Assembly (NCBI RefSeq): GCF_902713615.1 | Contig: NC_052159.1 | Span: 146,712,728-146,776,727 of the forward strand | DNA length: 64,000 bases | Direction: 5' to 3' | Source of the DNA: Scyliorhinus canicula | Lineage: Eukaryota | Position numbers and translations under genes: made by a program | Part shown: positions 48,501 to 60,930 of the stretch, in pieces | Numbering within the stretch: the stretch's first letter is position 1 | Layout of the letters: each line of letters starts with the position of its first letter | The notes under the pieces: generated by a model | The model's database searches: none | What the model was told of the DNA's origin: nothing | What the model saw: the letters and a program-made list of their open reading frames with translations, nothing else

Positions 48501-49386
48501 ATCCCGGGGAACATGGACGGGGGATTTCAGAGCTGGCACAGGGTGGGCATCAGGCAGCTGAAGGATCTGTTTGTAGATGGGAGGTTTGCGAGCCTGAGAG
48601 AGCTGGAGGAGAAATTCGGGCTCCCCCCGGGAAACATGTTTAGACATTTGCAGGTGAAGACATTTGCTAGACGCCAGATGGAAGGGTTTCCCTTGCTCCC
48701 CAGTAGGGGGGCGAGTGATAGGGTGCTCTCGGGGGTCTGGGTCGGAGGGGGGAGGATATCGGACATCTACAAAGTAATGCAGGAGGCGGAGGAGGCATCA
48801 GTAGAGGAGCTGAAAGCCAAGTGGGAGGGGGAGCTGGGAGAACAGATAGAGGATGGGACATGGGCTGATGCCCTGGAGAGGGTTAATTCTTCCTCCTCGT
48901 GTGCGAGGCTTAGCCTCATTCAATTTAAGGTGCTACATAGAGCCCATATGACGGGGACAAGGATGAGTCGGTTCTTTGGGGGTGAGGACAGATGTGTCAG
49001 GTGTTCGGGAAGTCCAGCGAACCATGTCCATATGTTTTGGGCATGTCCGGCACTGGAGGAGTTCTGGAAGGGGGTGGCAAGGACGGTGTCGAGGGTGGTG
49101 GGATCCAGGGTCAAACCAGGATGGGGACTTGCGATCTTTGGGGTTGGGGTGGAGCCGGGGGTACAGGAGGCGAGAGAGGCCGGAAGTACTGGCCTTTGCG
49201 TCCCTAGTTGCTCGAAGAAGGATACTAATACAGTGGAAGGACGCGAGGCCTCCAAGCGTGGAAACTTGGATTAATGACATGGCAAGCTTTATTCAGTTGG
49301 AAAGGGTCAAATTCGCCCTGAGAGGGTCGGTACAAGGGTTCTTCAGGCGGTGGCAGCCTTTCCTCGACTTTTTGGCTCAGAGATAG
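45591..49386 (+). CDS. ORF2: L1 ORF2p (APE endonuclease, reverse transcriptase, CCHC) with a +1 frameshift at about 49184
   Basis: EN 'TWNVRGL', 'LQETH', 'GGDFN', 'SRIDFF', 'SDH'; RT 'KAPGPDG', 'YRPISLLN', 'GTRQGCPLSP', 'YADD'; 'CVRC..HMFWAC'; the true C-terminus 'VLAFASLVARRRIL...WQPFLDFLAQR' lies in the frame ending at 49386. Confidence 0.95.
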
Positions 49387-51002
49387 GGTACAGAGGTCGC
49401 AGCAGCAGCAACCCGGGGGGGGGAGGGGAGAGGGGGGGGGAGGGGGGGGGGGTGGCAACAACGGTTGTGGTGGGTTATTTACGGTTGAAATGCGGGCAAA
49501 TTTGCTCGCAGTTCATGTTTGATGTTGATTGTTGCTCTGTTTGCTTTTGGGGGAGGGGGGAGGGGGGAGAGGGACAACGCGCGCGTGAGTTCGGGCGGGG
49601 GGGGATATTTGTTAAGAGGGAATATTTTGTAATATTCTATAGTTAGTTGGGGTAAATATTTTCATGTAAAAATTTTTCAATAAAAATTATTTAAAAAAAA
49701 AAAATAATGGTGAAATAGCGGCCATACACGGATTGGTGGAAGTTCTTGACACCGTAAATTACAGCGAGACCTTCTTTTTCAATCTGTGCACACTTCTGTA
49801 CTGTGGCGGTGAGAGTTTGGGAGGGGGAAGATGATGGGGCCTCTCTTAGCCATCCTCATATGGGACAAGCCTGCACTTATTCCATAAGGCGAAGCACCGA
49901 AGGTCAAGATGATTTGTTTTATTCGGTCAAAATGGAGCAACAAACTGGATGACTGTTGGACCTGTTTGACGTGGTGGAAAGCCTGTTCTTGTGTTTGTTT
50001 CCAATGCAAGTGCTGGGGCTTCTTTAATAGGAGGTGTAGTGTGGCACTAATGTCGTTGCCAAATTGGGGATGAACTGACCATAATAGTTTACCATTTCTT
50101 AAAATTATTTTAGTCCAGCGATTTACTTTGTCACAAGAACCTCTTTTATGGCCCTCACCTTGTCCTCAAGTGGGGGCAGGCCTTTTGAGTCTATCTTGAA
50201 TCCGAAGCATGTGACCTCGCTGGCCTGGAATGTACAATTCTCTCGCTTCAATCGGATGCCAGCAACTCTGAATCTCCTTCAAACTTCTTTTGGACTGTCT
50301 AGGCTTTCTTTGTGTGATGTTCTTGCCCCTAAAACATCATTCAGGTAGACCACAACAGACCGGATTCCTTGGGACAGGTTGTGCATTGAAATATTGCACA
50401 GGCCGAAGTGATACTAATAGGTAATCTGGTGTATTGAAAAAGGTCTCTGTGCGTATTAATGATTGCATACTTCCGGGAATCCTCGTCCTGTTCCAGTTGT
50501 AAATATATGTGACTTAAGTAAAGTTTCGGGCAAGTATGGACTCCTGCCAACTCAGCAGCCATTTGATAAATCGAAAGATTGTAGTCACTGTTGATTCGGA
50601 CTGGGCGGTCTGGTTTTAAAGCAGGGGTGATGGGGGCTGTCCACCCTGAAAACTGCACGGGTTTTATAATTGGCATTTCTCCCATGTGTTTTAATTCGGC
50701 CTCAACATTTTGGTAAAAGGCCTAAGGGATGCACCTCATCCTGAAGAACTTTGGTGTGGATTCAGGGTTGGTGTACACCTTGAATTTGGCTGAGCTTGTA
50801 CCAAAACGTATCTTTATAATTGCATGAGACTTCCTGGAAAACGGCAGCTGATATCTTGAAAATCTCTAACTAGTTTAGCTTGATTTGGAGCAGCCAATCT
50901 CACTCCATGAGACTTTCTATTCCATGGTGATCATGCGTAACTGGGCATCCTGTTGCCCATCCTGTTCATAATTGTCCCCAAAATCTTCAATGTCACCCTT
51001 GT

Positions 51003-51340
51003 ACATAGAACAGTACAGCACAGAACAGGCCCTTCGGCCCTCGATGTTGTGCCGAGCAATGATCACCCCACTCAAACCCACGTATCCACCCTATACCCGT
51101 AACCCAACAACCCCCCCCTTAACCTTACTTTTTAGGACACTATGGGCAATTTAGCATGGCCAATCCACCTAACCCGCACATCTTTGGACTGTGGGAGGAA
51201 ACCGGAGCACCCGGAGGAAACCCACGCACACACGGGGAGGACGTGCAGACTCCACACAGACAGTGACCCAGCTGGGAATCGAACCTGGGACCCTGGAGCT
51301 GTGAAGCATTTATGCTAACCACCATGCTACCGTGCTGCCC
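51003..51340 (-). mobile_element. V-SINE (HE1-like) with a second CR1 tail type
   Basis: Head, V domain, tail 'catcgagggccgaagggcctgttctgtgctgtactgttctatgt'. Confidence 0.9.
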
Positions 51341-52418
51341 ACATATTGCCAACGTGGCAGTTGTACTCCTTAGGCTCAAAGGTTGAACTCCTCCTCAAAG
51401 ATATTTGAAAGTTTGTTCACCATCTCTGTGGCCGATGCTCCTGTGTTGACCTCCATGCTTAATGGTCGCCCATTGACCATGAGGACCATTTCTATTGGAG
51501 CTGTTTTGCACGCTTTCACCATATATAGCCTGTAAATTTTGATTTCTTCATTGGAGATCTTCTCCACTTTATTCACTGGAGTCGTTTTTTTTTTAAGAGA
51601 CTTGGCATGCCCTGCTTGACTTGGTAACATGCCTGAATGTAGCCCTTCCTGTTGCACCTGAGACAGATGAATGGTCTGCAGTGACTCACCTCTTGGGGGT
51701 GATCTCCTCACACATCTATAGCATCCGTCATAATTCCTGGGTTGACACCCTATTTTCTGACCTCTGACTACGGTTCTGCTCCTGAGATCGTGCCTGAACT
51801 TCCTCTGTGTCTGTGAACATGGGTGTGCGCCTTGGAACCATACTGCTCCACAGTTAGTTTACCTCACCCTCTGGCACGCATTCAAGCTCTGACGCCCCCT
51901 TCTCAGCGCATTTGGTTGCTTGAGCTATTCCAGTCACCTTATCCAGGGAAATCTTTGTCTCAGCCAGCAATTTCCTTTCCACATTGGTGTTATTGATGCC
52001 GCATACCAGGCGGTCGGGCAGCGTGTCGCTTAACACAATGCTGAATTTGCAGTATTTGGTCACTTGACGGAGTCTGGCAATGAAAAGCGAGATGGTTTCT
52101 CCTGAGCCACTGAGAGCTAAATTAAACTTGCAGCACTGTAGTACGATGGAGGGTCCGGGGTTGAACTGCTCCTTCACAAGTGTCACCAATTGGCCGAACG
52201 ATTTTGCGTCAGGAGCCTTTGGGATGCCAAATTCCTTATGAGAGCGTAAGTCTGCGGCCCACAAACTGTTAAAAAAATAACCTTTTATTATATCTCCCCT
52301 CGTGATTTTGTTGGCGGTAAAGAAATACCGGAGCCGCTCAATATATTGCGGGGTCTTTGGCCCCCTGGTCAAACGGACTGAGTTTTCCAATCATGGGCAT
52401 GATGGTTTTTCACTCACT

Positions 52419-52590
52419 GGGCTGGATTCTTCGTCCTGCCGCGCCACATTTCTGTTTTACCCTATCGGTGGGATAGTCCATTACGCCGGCTGGCCAATGG
52501 AGTTTCCCATCGTGGGGCAGCCCCACGCCGTCGGGAAACCCCCGGGCTCTCGGCAAAATGGAGCATCCCGCAGGCGGAGAATCCAAACCC
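52419..52590. mobile_element. Harbinger-type MITE in the Gypsy leader
   Basis: TIRs GGGCTGGATTCT / AGAATCCAAACCC; TSD ACT. Confidence 0.7.
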
Positions 52591-53244
52591 ACTGTTTCTC
52601 GATGACTTGGTCTTTTTTGTCTTTCGGAGATTTGTGATGTAACCACTCCCCCCCCCCCCGCCCCGAATTCTGAGACTAGCGATGACTTCAGATCATTGTC
52701 TGAATTAAGTCCGTCACCAATGTAGTGGCTTGAGCCAATACTGTGGAGGCTTCTTGCATAACCAAAAGGGGTTTATGAAGAACAAGTGAGAGGGTAACTG
52801 TATATAGGGGCAGAGGTGTCTGAAACAAGTTTTTTTTACTCTACGACTCCTGGGTCCAAACTGTCCGGGCCCCATCTCTCAGGGCCCATTTTACCCCATT
52901 GGTCTAGGTTTTGTGTGCTCACACATGATAGGCCCCCAAGCTGGTCAGGTGGACCATGAGGGATCATCCCTTAAAGGGACCACGCTACCTCAAGTAGCAT
53001 AACCTGTAAATTGTAATTGGGTTACGTTTTTGTATCGCTCCCTGAAGAAAGCTAACTTGCATATTGTGGTAGATCTACAGGAAGGGACCTGTAAAATTCT
53101 CCTTATAACCAAGTAAAAATGTTTTAGCTCAGGTGATGGAAATGTTTACGGGTGTAGTACGAACGCAGTGCAGGTGCACTCTTGTAAACTTCTCTTTGTC
53201 AGCTACTGAGAAACTGGCATGCTAGTCTCACATTTGGTGTTAAT

Positions 53245-53990
53245 GGGCTGGATTTTAATTGCGTCATGGTCCCTCCCCCCCCCCCCCCCCCCCCATGGCT
53301 AAAATGTCAGGGGAGCCCGGCCATGACACTGCAGCTGGCCCGCAGTTACTTAATGCTGAGAGCAGTGTTGATTGGCTTATGGTGAGACTCCTGTTCCTTT
53401 CTTGTGAGGAAGCCCCACCGTAGACAGCTGCCAGCCAATTAGATGGGCAGGTGGACGGGTGGCTGGCGGGAGGGTGGCAGCACTAGTTTCGAGTGGTGGC
53501 CACTGTTGGGACCACAGGCGGCTTTCAAGGAAGAGGAGCCTATGGAGCCCAGGCTGTCAGGTATGTTTAGCTATCAGGCCCTGGCAAAGTGGGATGATGG
53601 GGTTGGAGGGCAAGGTCTCAGAGGTTGGGATAGAGGGGCGGGTTGAAGTAGGGGTATCACATTGGGAAGAGGTGGGAGTGCGGTGGGGGTGGGTGTATAC
53701 GATGGCCCAGGACAACTCCAAAGGAGGTACTTCTTTATCCGGAACTAGCCCATGGAACCAAAGCCTCTGAATTTGAGACTGGCATGCGTCTCCCCTTGCT
53801 GCAGTGAAATAGCAGTGAGGGAGGGGGCGGAGTAGGGAATGAGACTGTCAATTGGCTGTTAAATTGCCGATAATGGCCTCAATAGGCTGAAGTGTGGGTT
53901 GGGCCACCCAGAGCCTCCACTGCTCGAAGTAAAATATGAGGCATGTCAGGTGTGGGTAGGTAGCCAAGGATAGGCCATGCATTGTACTTT
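53245..53990. mobile_element. Old Harbinger-type DNA transposon remnant
   Basis: GGGCTGGATTTT terminus and GC-rich interior resembling 5550-6060. Confidence 0.4.
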
Positions 53991-55873
53991 ACAATCAAAT
54001 GCCAGTGATGACTCGGTTTGATTGATTTGACTGGTGACACATGAATTGGTCCAAAATGGCGTGCTCTGCCCGGTAACAGGTGGTGATTTGATTTGATCCC
54101 ACTCGAATGTTTCAGAGCTTCAAGGGATGAGTTTTGGTTTCAGTTTGACTTCTGGTTGCTCACCGGAAGCACTGTTGTCCCCTCTCCTCTCCATTTTTTC
54201 TCAGAAAGGCTGCGTTTATGAACTGGCAGGGAGCCTGGATGAATCGCGGACTTGCCCAGGGCGTTGTATCGACGTACAAACAGCAAGGCAATAACGGTCA
54301 GGTAAACTGTTTTTCTTCTGTTGTTTGGAGGGTAAATGTTGACAAGGCTGCCTGGGGTAAATCTGCTGCTCCTCATAAAAATGGCGCCATGGTATCTTTA
54401 TCAAAATGGGGGCAGTGTGGGAAGGGGGGGGAGGTGTAACGGTTTAATATCTCACATGAAAGACAGCAACCCACTCAGGTGAGAGTGCTAACAATTGAGA
54501 TATGGGCTGGCAAAGTGGTGAATCGTGCTCTGCTGGATGGGTTCCTTGTGGAACACACTGATCAAAGTTAAAAGCAAGGGATGTTCATTTAACATCCTGG
54601 CTTTTTTTTGTTGTTTCGAGGAAAGGACGAAATATCTTTAAGTCTATCTCCACCTGATTTTCTTTTCTGTGGATTTTGCTCCTGCAATCAGCTTAGCTCA
54701 CAGCTGATTCGTTTTACATGGGAACCGTTGACGCTGCCACCTCGCAGCCCAGATGGTTGAGGAATGGTATGAAAGCTGTCTCAACACATCCCCCCCCCCC
54801 CCCCCCCTCCGCGTCTACAACTGATTTAATATATGAACACCCCAGCCCTTTGAGATGGGTGCTTCCAGTATTGGGATCCCCTGCCCACGAGAACGTGTGC
54901 CCGACACAGAGCACATACTGTGCTGCAGGCACAGAAACCTGACTAGAAAATGCAACTTCATAGCCAGAGCTCTAACGCAATGTTAAATTGATAGCGGGCT
55001 ACTGATAGGCCTCTTCATAAGTAGATCCATATTAATGATCTCGAAGATGGAAGTGATAGGCAGCCCTGTTAAATGGAACCTCTTATAGTCATATGTAATC
55101 ACCCCGAAGTGAGTCACTCATAATCTCTTGCCAGAGATGTATGGCCATGCTCATTAGAATATTTCCAACTTGAATTTAAACAGGACCATGTGCTCCAGTT
55201 AAAGAGACTTGCTAGTAACCAATTCCCCTGCAGATTTACATCTGTTCGAACTCATGTTCAAACTGAAATGATTATAGGGCCATGCAATAGTAATGTGATA
55301 ATGACCAGGTAATCTGTTTCATGGTATTGGCCAGGGCACTGGGGATAACACTTCTAATCTTCTTCAAAACAGTCCACGTGAGAGGGCAGAAGGGGCCTCG
55401 GTTTTATGACTCATCCACAAGGCGGCATGTCCGAAAGTGGAACACTCCACGTTGCTGCATTTGGAATGTCAGCTTTGATTTTGCTTTCAAGTCCCAGAGT
55501 GGAGTTAGAACCCACAACTTTCTGAGAGGCGAGAGTGCTGCCAATTGAGTCACGCCATTAAAAAAAGGTATTGCATTATATTGAACTATTCGTGACCATT
55601 GTAAGTCTCAAAGTGCTTCCCAGCCAATGAAGTACTTTCTGAAGTGTAGCCTTTCATATTCTGAAGACGAGTACACGTGCCTTTGTCAGCATGTCACAAA
55701 GAATGGGGGGCTGATGTGATTTGTTTCCGAGCTTCCGCTGAATTGGTGAGAAATCTGTGATCATTTTGCAAGGCAGTGTGCTCTTGGTTGTTTGCAAATG
55801 GCATGTGCGCAGAATCATATCTTGGGCTCTGAACTGACCCCTTGACATTAGGATTTAGGACGTAACAGATACC

Positions 55874-55960
55874 AAAGAACAAAGAACAAAGAAAACTTAC
55901 AGCACAGGAACAGGCCCTTCGACCCTCCAAGCCTGCGCCGATCCAGATCCTCTATCTAAA
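55874..55960 (-). mobile_element. CR1 3' tail fragment
   Basis: (aaagaac)n tail plus 'cagcacaggaacaggcccttcg'. Confidence 0.75.
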
Positions 55961-56129
55961 ACAATGGACACCCTTGGTGTCCATTGTCCAGTGTTCCACT
56001 GATGCAAATTGCAGAAAATACTTTGAAGGACATAGTTTTCAAATTTGCATACAATTGATATCTGATCGTCCATATACACGTATTGGTGTACACCATGCTG
56101 CTGGACCTGATCACTGGTAAATTGGAGAT

Positions 56130-56184
56130 CACACACGCACATACACATGCATGCTCGCATACACACACACACACTCACTCACAT

Positions 56185-56220
<36 letters not shown>

Positions 56221-56225
56221 AGACA
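56130..56225. repeat. Imperfect (CA)n microsatellite
   Basis: Directly visible. Confidence 0.9.
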
Positions 56226-56419
56226 TACCGATGGGTAAAATTCATAGTGTATCCTTGAGCAATTTTCCACCTTCTGATCAGGGCAAAACCAATGTATGCA
56301 AATTGGAAATCTTGGCCCAAGTTTGACGGAAGGTAATTTGGATCTTATCCGTGGTTTTGTGAACTTTGGTGATGGTCATTCCTCACGATGTAGTGATTCA
56401 AAATCCTGTAATAAATATG

Positions 56420-57140
56420 AGGCGGAATTCTCCGCACCCGGGAAAAATCGGGAGGGCCGTCGTGAAACTCGGCCGAGTTTCACGACGGCCTCGGAGGCCG
56501 CTCCTCGCCCCCTATTCTCCCCTCCTGGCGGGGCTAGGAGCGGCGCTCCGTAAATCTCGGCCGCGGGGGCGTTGCACCAAGAATGACGCGGCCAGCGCGC
56601 CTAATGACGTCAGCCGCGCATGCATAGGTTGGCCGGTTCGAACCCGCGCATGTGCGGTTGACGTCATGATGCTGACGGCACGAACCCACGCATGCGCAGT
56701 GGCCGTCTTTCCCTTCAGCCACCCCACAAGACGTGGCAGCTTGATCTTGCAGGGCGACGGAGGGGAAATAGTGCGTCCGATTTGGACGCCGGTCCAACGA
56801 TCGGTGGGCACCGAACACGGGCCTGTCCCCACCCGAGCACAGTCGTGGTTCTCTTTCCTTTCAAGGCAACCTACAAGCCCCAAACGGGCTTCTCACTCCC
56901 ATTTCACGATGGCAGCGACCAGGTGTGTTTGCCGCCGTCGTGAAATGGCCGCGAACGGCAGGCCGCTCGGCCCATCCGGGTCGGAGAATCGGCGTTCACC
57001 GTGAAAAACGGCGAGCGGCGATTCTTCTGAGCTGGGGGGGGGGGGGGGGGAATCGCGGGGGGCACGAGGGGCGCGTGAATTTTGTCGGGGGGCCCTCCTG
57101 CGATTCTTCCACGCCGCGTGGGGAGCGGAGAATCGCGCCC
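56420..57140. mobile_element. Young CpG-rich Harbinger-type MITE (721 bp)
   Basis: TIRs AGGCGGAATTCTCCGCACCC / GGGAGCGGAGAATCGCGCCC; TSD ATG at 56417-56419 and 57141-57143. Confidence 0.8.
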
Positions 57141-57179
57141 ATGGTGTATAATAATGGTGTGTAACAGATTTTTGAAGAT

Positions 57180-57770
57180 GCACCTAAGGGAAAAAATGGT
57201 AGTGAACAGAAGGACGAGTTAACCAAAATAAATCTTTGGAAGATTTTGGGGTGACAGTATAGGGAAGGGAAGAGACTGAACAAGCGTTGGTTGTGTTTAG
57301 ATGAGCAGTGCAATGATGTAAGAAAGGTCCTGTTGGCCCATAGAGGCATTGAAAGGCAATGGTATTAATCCAATGTTGAGGACAAGGATGACTAATACAC
57401 TATTACAAATGTCAGAAAGATTAATTTGCGAGCTTCGCTCAGAGTACTTGACGATGCGAGTTTGAAATGATCTTTGGAAAGAGCACATGGCTGGGAGGTA
57501 CGAAATTGTCTGAGGATTTTAGGGAGAATTTTAGGGATATAGGTTGGGAATCAGAGAAAACAGATGGAATGAGAATTTGTTTTATTGAGGAGGGGTGAGG
57601 ACGGCAGCTCCAATAGGAAGTGGGATGTTGCTCGGGGAAAGGGAATAATTGACAGCATCAGATAGAATGAAGGCCATGAAAGAGAGTTGAGCTGTCTTGA
57701 GTTGAGTGTGGGGAGAATCAGAGACACGTGAGGACAGTTATACATAGGTATAAAGCTTGAAGGCATCAGA
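57180..57770 (-). mobile_element. Old LINE (L2-like) internal fragment
   Basis: Purine-rich + strand with degenerate RT-region-like peptides; weak. Confidence 0.35.
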
Positions 57771-58602
57771 GCTGTGTGTGTGTGCTCTGCTCAAAGCAAA
57801 AGTGAAACTGAAATGGGATCACATGACATATGTCCTTTCTAGCGATGTCATGCTAATATCCCATGAAGGCACATTACAACAGAGAGTTAAGGGAAAACAT
57901 GCAAAAGGATGAGAATTTTAATGCTGGAGGAGGTGGATGTCAAGGATGTGCCCAGTAACAACAGTAACATGAATTTAACAAGACTTAATAGGATGCGATA
58001 TGTCCAGCAACAGGTAGAAATCTGCCCAGGGACAGCAGTTGCCAGTATTCAAAAGGCTGAATGAGATGCGTCTCTCCAGGTTATGAGATTAGAAGGCATT
58101 TAGATAGAATCAGATGTGAATGGCTTACTGGTAGAAACAGCTTACCTAGATGATTGAGAGATCAATGAGGTATACACATGATCATGTTTAGAATCAAGTA
58201 ATTTGATAGGGGCAGACAGTCAAATACATAGAAGGCAGAATCAAAATGGAACCAAGGTGTAATTGCCAGTACTCTTAGAAGCAAGGGACGCCAGTTAACA
58301 TGTAGCAACCTCAGAAGCAGGTAAGCCCATTTCCAGCTAGCAGCCTGGAGGCTAAGTTCGACATCTAACAGCCTCTAACCCTTAGAACTAAGGCAGTGCA
58401 GAAAACCTTTATAAAGGCAGTTCAAATCTCTTCACTGTTCCAGGGCAAGATGTTTTTTAGACTTGATTATCCTCCTTGTATTGTGTGGTAGCTATAAGTT
58501 GGTTTTGCCTTTAGATCTATTTCAGTTGGATCTTATTTGGGGGAAAGGGGAAGTCTTAAGGAGTTCAGGGATCATAGATATATTGTGGAACAAGGCGTAT
58601 GA

Positions 58603-58790
58603 TCTGGTTTAGCACACTGGGCTAAATCACTGGCTTTTAAAGCAGACCAAGGCAGGCCAGCAGCACGGTTCAATTCCCATACCAGCCTTCCCGAGCAGAC
58701 GCCGGAATGTGGCGACTAGGGGCTTTTCACAGTAACTTCATTGAAGCCTACTCGTGACAATAAGCGATTTTCATTTCATTTCATTTCATG
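58603..58790 (+). mobile_element. Short tRNA-derived SINE
   Basis: A-box-like TAGCACACTGG, B-box-like GGTTCAATTCC, (CATTT)n tail, flanked by ATGATCT repeats. Confidence 0.88.
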
Positions 58791-59310
58791 ATCTAAAGAA
58801 ACTGTGTGTGCTGAACAATTCATATATTTAATTGTCTTAACCTAGTATAGTCTTGTTCGTGTGTATTTGGCTTTTCCTTTATTTAATAAATAGTATTAAA
58901 TACTTGTTACACGACAATTGGGCTGGTTATTCTCACTGGGATTTCACTTGACTTCTCACATCATTCCAAATACAAAACTATACACCCCCACGAGTCAGTA
59001 TTCCAAGTTGGGATCCTCTCGCAGGCAAAGTCAATGTGTTTCATGTCAGTAGGTGACTGGAGTGAATGTGTGGGCTAAGGATTGGGAGAGCTGGATTCAG
59101 CAAAAGGTAATGAAACAGCAGATGTTGCTTTTTAAGTCACTTCAATCTTGGAGACAAAAAGAAAATCAATGAGCCCCTCGTGGTTTGGGGTGAGGTTGTG
59201 GAGATCGAAAAAGAAATACTTTACAAACCTCAGTCAGGAACACATTTTCTTTTGCTGCAACCTTTCCCGACTCTTCGCCATACATTTCTCCCTCGATGTT
59301 TATCATCGAA

Positions 59311-59466
59311 GTTTAGCTCACTCGGCTAGATCACTGGCTTTTAAAGCAGGCCAGCAGCACGGTTCGATTCCCATACCAGCCTCCCCGAATGTGGCGACTA
59401 GGGGCTTTTCACAGTAACTTCATTGAAGCCTACTCGTGACAATAAGCGATTTTCATTTCATTTCAT
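59311..59466 (+). mobile_element. Short tRNA-derived SINE with internal deletions
   Basis: Family match; B box GGTTCGATTCC. Confidence 0.85.
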
Positions 59467-59469
59467 CAC

Positions 59470-60618
59470 TGTTTTTTCACTTCGTCTGTCTTTTCTCCCA
59501 TGTGTTTCTTCACGTATTTAATTCCAGAAGATCCTCAGGCAAAACAGTGCATCTCTGTGCTTTCTCGTAGAAACTGTGGGACTGAATATAGGGAAAAGGA
59601 TTCATTTCTACCGATTTCGTTTTCTGGACATTGATTCTGTGTTTGTAGAGATTCAAAGTATTGATTTTGTTTTTGTTCATAAGCAAGGCATTTTTGTATA
59701 GCGATTTCTCGAGTTAGATATTTATTTGTGAAAGTCCTTCCCTCAAATTTTTATCTGATAGTCCAGAAATTAATTGATCCATTATCATAGTGTGTCTGAA
59801 ATCAGCATAATCACAGCCTTGTGGTATTAACTTGAGATTTGTAATAAAATCAGTGATGGGCTCGCCATTTCTCTGGCATCTATGACAAAAGTTAAATCTT
59901 TAAAGCATCTAACCAGACTGACTTTTACAATGTTCATCAAATTTTTTGAGTACTACTTCTAATTTGGTGTTGTCTTCACCAAAGTATTTAAACCAATAAT
60001 AGATTTCTCTTGTTTCATGCCCTCCTGTTGAGAGTAGTGCAGCTATTTTTGTTGCGTCAGAGGCCGTGCTTAACTGATTAGCTGAGATACATATTTGGAA
60101 CATCTGTTCAAACATTTTCCAGTTATAACTTAAATTGCCGGTTGTTTCCAGCTGCCATGGAGCTCCAATGATTTCCATCGAATCAGTTAGTCGTCGAGGA
60201 TCCATTTTCTGTGAAGTCCTCCTTGGTTGAATGTCCGGTTCAAGTTTCTTTTCTCTTACTGGTGACCAGCTAGCTTTTCTGAAATCACACCTGGTACCAT
60301 ATGTTATTCTCTAAGTTTGAATAAAGATTGTGGACTTCCAGTTAACACAAATATTTTATTCAGTGGGTTTGTTCTGTCTCCAGAGCTCAACCAGATGTAA
60401 TACAGTCAAGAGGCAAAACAAGAGAAGCTAAGGTAAGCTGCCTATGCTGCGCTGTCTCTGTATGCTGCTGCTCACTAGCCCTGTGCTTCTAAAAGAGGTG
60501 GACCCTCCCTTGGGTCGGACCCTTTATACCCGCCTCTGATGCTGCCCTCTAGTGATGCTGCGGCTGTTACATCTGTGCTGTAGTCCCTGGTGTATGTGCA
60601 GATTTACAGATCACTACA
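59470..60618 (-). mobile_element. Gypsy 5' fragment (LTR 60302-60618, PBS, gag)
   Basis: PBS TGGTACCAGG; gag ORF 59909..60205 'TGNLSYNWKMFEQMFQICISAN..SDATKIAALLSTGG', same gag type as 32475-37374. Confidence 0.8.
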
Positions 60619-60930
60619 AACCATGCAGAAAAAAGTTCAAAATAATATGACCTGAACCATAGCTCCTGCCTATATTTTAGATGATTTTGTTCCAAGGGTG
60701 AATATGACAAATTACGAATCCTGAATATTCTGGTTACTCCAGCCCCCTTCTGAAATTAGGGCTAGATTGTCTCGTACTTACTGCTCGTAAAAATCCATGA
60801 TGTTATGTATTCAGGATGAGAAAGGGCAGTCAGTTCCTTTTGACCCATATCCAAGATCCCACTCTTTCTCCTCGTTGCTTTGAAAAGGTAAAACAACCCA
60901 GCCATTTTGGGGCTCAGTCAAACTCAACAG

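Larger units (their letters stand above)
43875..49703 (+). mobile_element. Full-length LINE-1 (L1 clade)
   Basis: 17-bp TSD ATAATGGTGAAATAGCG (43859-43875 and 49704-49720); 5' GACTTCCGG; ORF1 and ORF2; AATAAA at 49679-49684; poly(A). Confidence 0.97.
43800..52992 (-). mobile_element. Degenerate Gypsy element (5' LTR, PBS, gag, PR, RT, RNase H) interrupted by the L1
   Basis: LTR 52721-52992; PBS TGGTGACGGA; gag ORF 51854..52390 'QYIERLRYFFTAN..DRLVCGIN'; PR 'EVNTGASAT'; RT 50341..50685; RNase H runs continuously across the L1 TSD. Confidence 0.85.

Noticed and set aside
56366-57004. 212-aa ORF and overlapping ORFs
   Set aside because: Lie within a GC-rich palindromic MITE, where stop codons are depleted by composition.
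57770-58990. Possible long solo LTR
   Set aside because: No TG...CA termini or TSD could be fixed.
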